64,000 nt of DNA from Mytilus trossulus (taxonomy: Eukaryota), in the NCBI RefSeq assembly GCF_036588685.1, contig NC_086379.1, positions 35,650,001 to 35,714,000 of the forward strand. The letters run 5' to 3'. The translations under genes were made by a program, and so were the position numbers. A model generated the notes under the pieces. It was not told the origin of the DNA. It worked only from the letters and a program-made list of their open reading frames with translations, and did not search any database. Below, one piece after another: positions 1 through 11,680 of this stretch. Positions within the stretch are counted from its first letter, which is position 1, and each line of letters opens with the position of its first letter.

Positions 1-1365
1 TGCATTTTATCACCTCTTTTGTTCATTATTTTTATCAATGATCTTATTGATGAGGTCTAGAGGTTAAATGTTGGCATAAAACTTGATGATGATATTGTTT
101 ATGTAATTGTATATGCAGATGACATTGTATTTATCTGTGATAATGAAAAAGATTTACAAAAAATATTAGCCATTTTAGGTCAGTGGTATAACACTAATGA
201 TCTTGTTGTATATTTAAGTAAAGCATGTCAAAAATTGTTCATTTTAGACCCCAGTCAGTACAGAGATCTAGGTTTCCATTTATGTTAAATGATTATAGCA
301 TAGATATTGTAGGAAATTATATATATCTGGGACTAGTGTTGAATGAATATTTGAATTATATGGATACACAAAACTTTTTGATACACTGGTTATGTCAGTT
401 ATCGATTATGGTGCCTCAATATGGTGAGCTAGGGAATTAACAGGTATAAATGCAATTAAAAATAGAGCCATGCATTTTTTTATGGGTGTCGAAAATTATA
501 CCCAAAATATAACTTTATATGGAGATACGGGCTGGATGCCATATATAATTAAACAATGGTCATGTATTTTTAGGAATTGAACAAGATTTTTGAAAATGAA
601 TTATACCTGACTTACTAAAAAAGTGTTTTTATGGGCAAATACAATTTGTAATAGTGAAATCAAAAACAGAGAACTTGATATTGAAAATGTTTGTAATATA
701 AACTGTACTTTTAGTAAAAATTATATTAAGAATATTGAGAGTAGTGTATTTGAATTGTACAAGAGAAAATGGTCACTGTAAACCGTGTACCTATAGATGA
801 TTCAAACAAGAATATAATAAAGACCATTATCTAAGTGTTATTATGCCCTGATATAAAAGTGCCTTTGCTAAATTTCGATGTGGTGTGCTGCCGATTAGAA
901 TTGAAACAGGCAGATATGAAGGGGTTTTATGTGAAAGTAGACTTTGTTTTAATGATTCCTCTAAGAAACAGAAACTCATTGAAGATGAGAAACATGTTTT
1001 ACTCAAGTGCCCCTTTATATATTCACATGAAAGAAAAAAGTTTTTAACGGAGCAGTTTCTATTAATAGTGATTTTTAGACTTAAATGATAATTAAAAACT
1101 CATATTCTTATTTACAAATTAAAATTTGTGCTTTCATTGTGCCAAAATCTGCCATGATATTTTAATTCAAAGGAAACATGTTTCATATAGATGATAAAAA
1201 ATGTTTTGTATTTTTATCGATTTGTCTATTTTTATGTCTCTCACAACTCTTTTGAGAGTGGCTCTGGAATGTTTTCAAGATTGTTTTGTACTTTTAATTT
1301 AAAATTTGTTGTATATATTGTATTCATGTTTGTATTGTACATGTATAGAGGTGGAACTACAATAA
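1..1365 (+). mobile_element. Degenerate 3' portion of an RTE-X-like non-LTR retrotransposon (RT C-terminal half, CCHC region, 3' UTR); older relative of the element at 29706-33800
   Basis: Broken frames read LSPLLFIIFINDL..VYADDIVFI, SKIVHFR, YLGL, IRIETGRY..RLCF..EDEKHVLLKCP, colinear with ORF 31108..33630. The 3' UTR shares GTCTCTCA(C/T)AACTCT-loop-AGAGTGGCTCT with that element. Many stops and frameshifts. Confidence 0.9.
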
Positions 1366-1670
1366 TTTATTTGATTTATATAAATCTTTTAATGTATATA
1401 ATATATGTAAACTTCATAAAATACTTTAATGGATGACTCTTATCACAAAGCTAGAGGTAACTTATGTTAAGCAGATATATTCAAAATGTTTTTACCAGAA
1501 AACGCTGGGGAAAAAAAACAACATTTGTCGTCCATTAGATGGAAGTGATAATCTTGAGTGAGTAGGTTAATTATGTATCAGTTTAATAATTTATAATTTG
1601 ACTTGATATAATATTTTTTATCAGAAATCACTATAAAGTTTGCCTTATAACATGTATAATATTTGTTCAG

Positions 1671-4600
1671 TTAAACATGTAATTCAACAACTGTATTTAC
1701 AAGTAAGCAGTCATCACACTTACAATCTTTTTCACAAATATTACAACACGAACAACCATGTGGGCTGTTCATAGATTTACTAAACGAAAAGATGTTCAGC
1801 AAACATTCCCTTAAACATAAATTGGATTGACAGTAGTTAATGATATCATCCTGAATTCCAGGAAGATTTCTTGAAATATCAGAATTGCTAAAATGCAGAG
1901 TTGCTTTTGCAGACTGTCCCCTCCTACCTGCACGACCAATTTCTTGCAAATAATTAGTTAAATTTCTAGGTGGTTTACAATGAATGACATGGGTGACTGA
2001 AGGAGGGTCGAATCCCATGCCAACTACACTAGTTGTAAAAATTAATCTAAATCTGGGGCAGATAGTCTGCAAATCAGATAGTATACAAGACATGACCTCT
2101 TCATCTTGGTTTGAATATAAGCAACCAAATAAAGCATTATTAAGGTTGACAATTTCTCTTCCACCAAAAACAAAATATGCATATGACATTGCATGGGAAA
2201 TATATTGCAATGGCATAAACATAAGAGTAACAGAAAATTCTTCTCTGCATTTATAGAGATTATCTACCTGTTCTTTGAATATATTTTCTATAACAGTTAA
2301 AGAGTCCCCTTTGTCTTTTTTCAAACAATGTAACAATAAATTTGGTTTGTCAGGGTTGACTGATATGTATTCCACATCTGCAAGATGTAAACATTTTGAC
2401 AAACTCTTTATATGGTGTTTGGTCAGTGTCCCACTCAGACATGCAAAAGGTGCCTTGGGGAAAAAAGATCTCAGTATATATAATTCTGAAAAGCTTTTTC
2501 TGAAGTCCTTTCCCCTGAAAAGAAATAGGCAAAATGTAAGCTTCAGCATCACATGTTAATTATTTTGAATTTACACATACATGTACACATGTAGTAAATG
2601 TAGTAATATCTGAATATGTTCATCAAATTTAAACTGTTTGCTTTAAAAATGATTTGTTCACAATCTGTTAGATATGAAATGTCTTAATAGCATTTCTAGG
2701 AAATAAAACAAAAAAAATCCTTTTACATGTATATGAAAGCTGAAATATTTAGTTTGAATAATATTCTAAATAGAATTTTTATTCATAGTAATACAAAGAG
2801 ACTCCAACACTTGTCCAAATAGCCTGAAATATTATCCATCAACTGATTCTATGTACATTATCATAATAATGGACAATACTATAAATAAGGATTTAGAATT
2901 TTCTGCTCATATGAATTGCCAACCTGGTTCTGGTGTGGTAAATCATTCTATAAAAAAAACAAATATTTAATTCATACATGTACATCTTAAGAGTTTTGGT
3001 CCAAAGGGAAATAACTCAATCATATGAGAATTCTATATATTTGAAAAATCAAAAAATGAGAGAACATTATAACATCATAAAAAGTGAAATTGATGTGCAA
3101 GAAAACAGGACATCAAAATTTGAAAAATAAATAAAAATTCAAACCCTGAAACTGTCCGGCAAACACCCTCCCTGCATGCATCATCAACAAATTATATGAA
3201 TTCCGAATAAACATAAAACAAATGCAACAAATAAACATTTAGTCATAGAACAAAAACACATCTGTTTGAAAAAAAAATAAGAAATTCAGAAGCAAAACTT
3301 TTTGAATTACCAATCATCTATTTTATGGCATTCATCTACAACTATGGCCCCAATTTTCCCATCTAAAGATGTTAGAATCTCAACACCTTTTTCTGCATTT
3401 AAAACCGCCTCAGGATGGGCTAATATAACACTGCTTTTCAACACTGCTTCTGATACTAAACATATTAAAAAATACAATTTCATTAATAAAAATCAGTTTT
3501 AGGAGGAAGGGCTTATCCTCTTAAAGGGATTCGATCCCAGGCATCTCGCCACCCTTCAAATTTCTCAATATCTGATTCAACACAAAACTTTAATATTAAG
3601 TATGATTAATGAAAAGATTCACTCTATTTTAATTAAAACTTGAATCAGATTATGAGCATAATGAAGTATAAAGAGAATCTCGAAAAACTGACTTTTATAA
3701 CTGAATAATACATTTTCTGAACCAAATGTTATCATGTAAATGAATGTAGAAATGTATGTTGTTTACACCACTTTTTTAAACGAATTTTAATTAGTAGAAT
3801 TTTAGTTATTAACTAAAAGCATTCAAATGACTTAAACCTATGTAATGAGAACAATATACTCACCATCAGCTTCCTCTTCTGTTAATAGAGTACATTTTTG
3901 ACTCAATGCCACTGCTTTAACTCCTATTTTGTCAAGTTTTTCCTTTTGCTCTTTGATGATGGATGTTAAGGGCAATATGACCAGAACTTTGTTAGGTCTT
4001 TTATACAGATTCAGTACACCTATAAAACATGAATCTGCAACCATCAATTTATGAACACAATACAAATTCATTTTTTTAATTCAGAGATATTTGATATACA
4101 TGTACATGGTATACAAAGTCCATATTATGGTGCAGAAGTGTATGTCAAATGACAATTTAATAAATTGAGAACAAAATAAGCACATCAAAATTCAAATACA
4201 TTTTGTAAATTTGTATGTTGTGACATTTGAAAGTAATCAAAATGGTCATCAGGATGGTTTTGTAAAATAATGTTTTTAAAAATGTATATTATTTTAGTAA
4301 TGTATTTTTTCTTTTAATTTCTTTAGTTGTATTAAATTACAAAACACTAACATTTTGGTATATCATGTATATACTCATGCTACTCATGTGAATTTTGTTG
4401 TGAAATTGTGGTAATATATTTTTATGAACTGAAACTGACAAAGTATATAATCAAGTGATTCATTTGTAAATATTGGGAACATTTCATCAAAAATATACAA
4501 CACTTGAAAACTGAATGATTATAAGTAAAAAAAATCCATTTCAATAATGATGAATCTATTTTAACTGCCAACAAAAAATAATAACTTTGAGTACCCCTTC

Positions 4601-6578
4601 ATGTGTTTTTTTTTCTCAATTATATTGAAATTAATGGCATACTTGAAAATTGTATCATCATGATCATATGGTGGTCAAGTTATAAGATTGAACTCACTTT
4701 TTTAACTAGATTTTCACAACATGTTATTTATATTTCGAGATTCTTTGATTAAACTTACTTGCCTTTAATATTTTAGGAATAAGATAAGTTAATATTTTTG
4801 AAAACTATTAATCTGACAGAAGTATATGTTGTATTGTATTTTTTTGCTTTGATTATTTATTCGTTTTATTTCATTCTTGACATTCAAGATGAGAATAATG
4901 CAATATAAAGATGTTTCAAATTGAAAATTGTTATTAAAATTAATGCAGTGGTTGTCATTGGTTCATGTGTCTGACATACTTGTTTTTCAATAATTGTGTT
5001 CTTATCATATTAAAAGAAGTTTTCATAGTGTAATTTTGGTCATGGTGTCAATTGAAAAAGGTCGTACAGTTTGTATTTTGCTCATAGTTGAAGATTGTAT
5101 GGTTACCTATTGTTGGTAACATATACATGTATGTCAAATTTGAAATCTGGTTGATAGCTGTCTTGGTGGCATTTATTACAGGGTTCTCACTTCAATTTTT
5201 TGCCAAGATAATTCTAACTGTTACATTGAAGGCTTTAAGCAATGTCAAAACTATAGTTCATTTCATAGATACAGGAAGATGTGGTATGAGTGCCAATGAG
5301 ACAACTCTCCATCCAAGATACAATTTTTAAAAGTAAAACCATTATAGGTCAATGTACAGACTTTAAGACTTCATGACAAATAGAGGATTGAACTGACATC
5401 ATATAAGCATTTAACTGAATGTACATGTATAGAATGAAGATCCAAGGCAATTGGAATCAGCTGCTACAACATTGCACAATCCTAATGCATTGTCGACCTA
5501 TGTAGTTGAAATTGTTGACTCAGATAATAGGTATTTATTAGTTTAGATCGGAATTTAAGTATGAAGGTGACAGAAGTGCCTTTTTCTAGTTGTTTAAATA
5601 TTCCGATGACATCAGTTGTCAATTATTGTGAAGTATAAAAAGTGGAATTGCAAATTTTTCATCTTTAAACTACATTTGTTATGAAATGGAACAGCGTATT
5701 TACGAAAAGAATATAGAAAATGGATTATCAGTGAAAAATCAAATAACAAAGTCACTGTTTTGCTAGGATACCTAAGACTAAGTGATACATAGCATCATTA
5801 ACGTCTCATCTGAGAGATTATTTAGAATTGAACGAATCTGCAGGCTGAATGCTTCTTACTGCCCAAAAGGAAGGCATTACTGAGGCATGAATAATTAAAA
5901 TGTCTTTGAATCAGATTTGAACTCTATAGTCACAATTAAAAACCACAAAAAAACTTTTATGATGAGAAAAAGAATTGTTTTGACCACATGTACAGACACT
6001 AGATTTTCTTCCTATTGCCAATATTTTCATGCTATTGACAGAACGTCTACTGCCTGTGTTTTGACAAACAAAGCTTTACAACCATGTTTGAAGGATCAGT
6101 ATCATCGATAAGGACCTTATTTGACACACAACATTAAACATATTAAAGGGCTTATTTAAGTGTGTGATAAAATTTTAGAGTATGCAAGGCTAATTTCTGA
6201 ATGAATTATCTATGCAGCGAGAACACTTTCCACTATTATCAGTGGAAAGACGGCTATATTTTCTCGGAAAGATATAATTCTACTTGTACTGCAATGTAAA
6301 TGTTACAAGGTGGATAGAATGACACAAAGTATCACAGAACTTCTAGTATAAGTTTATATCCCGAGATAGTTTAGATAAAATAATTTTCTTCGTCTCCGTT
6401 TTTCACTTTGACATTTACCTGGAAGAGCATGGAAAATAACACTCTTCCCGAAACCAACAGGAAGATTAACCACAACATCTTTCTCATTTAATATCGCTGC
6501 AATTCCAGCCATCTGTTCTCCTTTTAATGAAAAATCTGGATAGATTTCATGACACACCTTCTTAATTTTATCATCCAT
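1671..6578 (-). CDS. RecQ-family SF2 helicase, compact form (helicase core plus Zn-binding RQC cysteines), about 434 aa; join(6419..6578, 3864..4019, 3311..3455, 1671..2514)
   Basis: Four exons with GT-AG introns and phases 1,1,2 join to an open 1305-nt CDS. Motifs: I LPVGFGKS; Ia VILPLTSIIKEQ; HPE; II VVDECH followed by the aromatic loop DDWGKDFR; III LSGT; V TSVVGMGFD; VI YLQEIGRAGRRG; RQC CLR...CSCCNIC. Confidence 0.9.
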
Positions 6579-6854
6579 TTGTAACCGGGAATAATGAAGT
6601 AGTGCGATTTGAGTCACTACACCCCTAAAAAAAAGTTCCAAACAATTCGCTTTAATTCATTGCTATATACCGCATTGTTATAAAAATTATTATGCATTTT
6701 TGATCGATTAATAAAAATGAAAATTCTATGAATATCTGGAATCATTTCGTTGATAATCAAGCGCAACCACAAGAATCTTGTGATTTTGAAAAGGGCTGAT
6801 GGCAGTGGTGTAAAGAAGCGTAGCCAGATGTCACCACTGTTTCGGAGTTTGTAC

Positions 6855-7539
6855 GAATCCGGGTCCGTTCGCGCCCATTCACGTTCGCACCCACTCATGT
6901 TCGCCCCCTTTCACTTTCGCACCCTACATGTTCGCGCCCAATTTTAATCGGTTTTGTGTTTAATAACTTTGTAATCAAGTTTTGGCAAGTGTATTCTTAT
7001 AAGTATATTTGTTGTCATAGTCTCAAAATGAAATGAGACAGCATTTTGTGTGTGTTGAATAAATCTTTGTCATGTTTTGGATAGTGTATTGTTAAAAAAA
7101 ATAATCCTTTTTCAAATAAAGTGAGATTCTTTCAACATTTTATTTTGTGTTGAATAACTCTTTTATCATATTTTGGTTAGTGTATTGCTAAAACTTTGTT
7201 AAATTGACTTGTTTCAAAATAAAGTGAATTTCTGACTACGTTTTTTTTTCTGTGTTGATATTTTTTTAATCATGTTTGGATTATTATAGTGTATTGCTAT
7301 ATTTTATTGTTTCATTGTTTCAGATCAACTGGACCAAGCTGTTAAAAACAATTATCTAATTTGTGTTTTTCATTTAAAATCTTCAATGTTTTACTCATCG
7401 TACCAAGCCAAATACATGCAGTTAAAGCAATTTAAAACAACAATCATGATTTTCCAATTATTCTACTGCAATTTGAATTAAAATTGGGCGCGAACGTGTA
7501 GAGTGTGAACGGACCTCGGGTGCGAACGCACCTGATACC
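6855..7539. mobile_element. Non-autonomous TIR element (MITE-like) with subterminal GTTCGC(A/G)CCC repeats
   Basis: Left end gtccgttcgcgccc...gttcgcgcccaattttaat is mirrored by attaaaattgggcgcgaac...gggtgcgaacgcacctgatacc on the right. No convincing TSD found. Confidence 0.7.
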
Positions 7540-7682
7540 CAAAAATACTGAACTCAGAGGAAAATCAATTAGGAAAGTCCATCAGAATCACATGGCAAAA
7601 TCAAATAACAAAACTCATCAAAAACGAATGGACCAGAACTGTCATACTCCTGACTTGGTACAGGCATTTTCAAATGTAGAAT
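7540..7682. repeat. Interspersed repeat, near-identical to 55676-55812
   Basis: caaaaatactgaactcagaggaaaatcaatt...cacatggcaaaatcaaa...gacttggtacaggcattttcaaatgtaga occurs at both positions. Confidence 0.8.
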
Positions 7683-10600
7683 ATTTATGATACTCACACT
7701 CACAACCACAGTATGTCAGTAACACTTTAATAACATTAACAGGTTAGGAACAACATCCAAATGAGGGATATCTCTTAAATGACGGATTGTCCCCAGACAA
7801 AGAGGCTATTTGCTATTATAAAAGAAAAAAGAAAAACAATTTAGCTTTTTGAATTTAAAAGGGGAAAATTCATTATTGTATGTCATATGTTTTCCTACGT
7901 CATATTCGTATCATACTTTAGGGGCCTAGGTTGGTCAAAGTTGTCCCCTGCTTTGACCTGGAGATTAATCAGCTAATGATATCTCTTTGGTTTGTCTGTT
8001 TCTGCAGAGTTTCTCAGTGGTTCTCTCTGAGTACTTTGGCTTCCTGCACCATAATAACAGATATCCCAGTGTCCTAGCACTCCCTTTGTGTTGGGCCTAA
8101 AAAAAAAATGTTGTGTTTCCGGTCACCCGACCGACCGTCCTTCAGACCCCCGACTCAAAAGTTTTTAAAGCTGATGTGGGAAAAATTAATTTTTATACCT
8201 ACCGACCGTTTTTTCTGAAAGAAAATTAAAAATTCTAAGTCCCTCGATCTTTTTATCGCCCCAAAAGAAAACAACCGCTAATTTTAAACTTGAGGCTTGT
8301 TTTTAGAATGTACAGTAGATTACGGTTATTTGCATTGCCTATTTGTCAGACAAAATTATGCAATAAAATAGAGTATTCTTATATCCGAAATGCCAAATGA
8401 CAGAGTCAAATAACATCGATAGAACAGATCAGGAAATCCCTGAAGAAAGATGAACGTCTGTAATCCACATACAACATACTGAATTTTGATTTATTCTAAT
8501 AAAAATTATTTGTCTAGTGTCATATGTGTTATTTTATTTTGTTTCTTTTAATAAAGATGATAAACACATTTTGTTTTAGTTTATTTGAATTCCGACCTTT
8601 CCTTTACCTGGGATACGAAAATAAACTGTTCTAAAAATAGATTTGTTTCTATGACATAATATGTACACTGTACATTGCTATGCTTTGCTTAAAATAAGCT
8701 TTTAAACAATACTTCACAATTTATGGGGCCCTGTACGGGTTATTTGCTGGACACAAGTGTTGAAAGTGAGAAAATATAATAATTAAGAGTAAATACTCTT
8801 TTCATAAATTATCAAAACAAAATGATTCATGTATAAAATTCTTTAACCATATATGGACCATAATTTGGTATTCAGCCTTGGTTTCTTTTGGTTTCCTTTT
8901 TTATAAGTTCTAAAACTTTAACTTTTATTCTGTGGGTTGTGTTGGTGTTAGAATAGTATTGATGGAACAATTCAGAAAAAAATAATACATTTTGATTCAC
9001 CGTTTACCATGTTTACATGACAGGAAACCAAACAGAAAACCAATCTTTATTTTCTTTATTTTGCACAATATATTGCATAAGACATAAATGAACACAATTA
9101 CTAGTGTTACTTGCTTCATGTTAATATTTAAAATCTATTTTCAATGTTAAATTAAAGTTTTTTTTAAACGCGACAGGAAACCATAAGAAACTGAAAGCAT
9201 TTTTTAAGTTTTATTTTATTGCAAAATCTGCTTAAAATAATCTGAACAGTATACTTTTTCTTAAAATCCATCTTTAATGTAACAGTATTATAAAACTCCT
9301 AAATATGTGCTTGTTTTGAAAACAATTAGTACAATTTATTCAGAAATTTCCATTTTTTCTTCATTGATACAGGATACCATAATCGTTGTATCTTGATGTT
9401 TAAGCCAAAAAAATGTATTTATATTTGGTTTTGAAATTCCCGTTATATACAATTTATTCCAAATCATTGGCAATGTAACATTCTTTAAATCCAATAAAGA
9501 AAAAAACTTTTAACTTGGAATTAAAATCTTTAAAATAGGCACAATGTGATACTTGTGACCTGTACACCATCTACATGGATTCTACATTTTAACCTACTTT
9601 AGTGGGCTAAAATCAATAAAGTACTTCCTTTCAGGTCATGCATGGTAAAAGTTTACTTCTCCTTTGACAAGTTTATTGCGTTTCTGATAAGTGTTTGCAG
9701 ACAATGAATAAAAAATAAGAATTAAAAATTGTGACAAAGATTCCAACTTTGTACATTCCAAGTGTAACGGCATATTAACATGTATTTTTTATTAAATTAT
9801 ATTTATTCACCTAAAATATCCAGTAATATTTACTGCTGAAGTTAAATCAATCCAACGAGCATTGGTACAATGATAAGAGACGTAATTTCGATTGATTTTT
9901 CCAAGGACTCGACACGTCATTATCGGGAGACGAAGTGTGTTCTAACGTCTGTCAAATCTGAAATCGATTTTGTCAAGTCATTGGGCATTTATTTTCACAC
10001 AGGATCGTATGTAGCATTATGCACATACACAATGTAGGAAAAATGGTGACATCCCATTAGTCCGACAACCATTATTCCGACAGCCCATTACTCCGACAGC
10101 CAACTATTCCGACAGCCCATTATTCCGACAACCCATTACTCCGACAGCCCATTATTCCGACAATGCGTTTTTCTTATGGTATTGGTAAATTTTCTCTAAA
10201 AAGACCAACTCCGTCCTCTATGGTATGTGTGGTTGTCCGTCTTGATTAGAAATATTCTTTCCATGCGGGATATGTGTCTCAGTATATTGAGTTGATACAC
10301 ATGCTTATAGGAACTGCTCAGTCCTTATCCTCATCCAATATTCGTTTTAAAAATCTTCTGCTCTGAAACTATTGTGCCTAATACTTCTTAACTTTAAAAT
10401 ATAAAAAAGAAGATGTGGTATGATTGCCAAAAAACACAGAAATTAACAACTATGGGTCACCGTACGGCCTCAAACAATGAGCAAAGCCCATACCGCATAG
10501 TCAATTATAAAAGGCCCCGATATGAAAATGTAAAAAGTACCTTATTTGTATTAAAATATGAACGAAAAACAAAAATGTAACACATAAACAAACAACAACC

Positions 10601-11219
10601 ACTGAATTACAGGCTCCTGACTTGTGACCGGCACATACATAAATAATGTGGCGGGGTTTAACATGTTAGCCGGATCTCAACCCTTCCCCTAACCTGCGAC
10701 AGTGGTATAACAGTACAACATAAGAACGAACTATAAAAATCTGTTGAAAAAGGTATAACTCATCAGATGGACAAAAATACAAGTGGACGTGGCCGGGTAC
10801 TTGTACATCCCGACAAAAAAAAGACACTAGGAACAGATCTGAGAGTTCTCGCCGTTATAGCTATTTCAAAGCCACTAACAACTAATAAAAAAAGTCATGC
10901 ATCTAAGACTTAACTAGATCTTCGGTCCCCCCTTTCGCGTATCAGGGGAGTGAGGTTTCCCCTACTATTAACTACATAAATAAATATATCGGAGTTGAAT
11001 AACACTACCCACCCTCTTTGGTCGCAACACTTTCTCTCCTTGTATCAATCATCTGAGTTTTATTTAAATTAGTTTTGTCGCAGAAATATACAGTAAACGC
11101 ATTTTGACTGCTCAAATAGAATGACTGCAGTATGAAAGCCAATAGCAAACTAGTAAAAAACCTAAGACAATGTGTGACATTCTTGTCCTGCTTATGTTAT
11201 TGTCAAATTGTCTAATTTT

Positions 11220-11390
11220 AAAAAACTTGGTACATTATGTGTTTTGTTGGAAATTTGACACTTTTTTTTCATTTAAAGAAACTTGGTACATTAGGTGTTT
11301 TGTTGGAAATTTGACACTTATTTTTCATTTAAAGAAACTTGGTACATTATGTGTTTTGTTGGAAATTTGTCACTTATTTTTCATTTAAAG
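11220..11390. repeat. 57-bp tandem repeat, about 3 copies
   Basis: aaacttggtacattatgtgttttgttggaaatttgacactt..tttcatttaaag repeats at about 11223, 11279 and 11336. Confidence 0.85.
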
Positions 11391-11499
11391 ATTGTTTTCA
11401 AGAAGAAGAAAAATATTTAGATATTATTGATTTTAAGAAAGGTAGTTCATATGTTAATTCACAATCGGTGCTCTTCCATTACATTTTAAAAGAATTGAA

Positions 11500-11680
11500 A
11501 ATGCTAGATACTTGTACAGCTGATAAAGTTGAGGATGAGAGTCATTTTTTAATCGAATGCTCACTTCATAATAATTTGAGGGAGGAACTCTTTCACCATA
11601 TTTCTAGCACATGTAAGAACTTTAAAAAGTAAGATAAATATGATAAATTTTCGATGTTAACACAAGAAAACTTTACTATT
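11500..11680 (+). mobile_element. Short relic of the 3' end of an RTE-X-like LINE ORF2
   Basis: Translates CTADKVEDESHFLIECSLHNNLREELF, matching the C..C....EDE.H.LL.C motif at the end of ORF 31108..33630. Confidence 0.6.

Noticed and set aside
7990-8055. Meta-domain SINE relic (tggttctctctgagtactttggcttcctgcacc)
   Set aside because: Resembles a SINE central domain, but it is too short and degenerate to call without an alignment.
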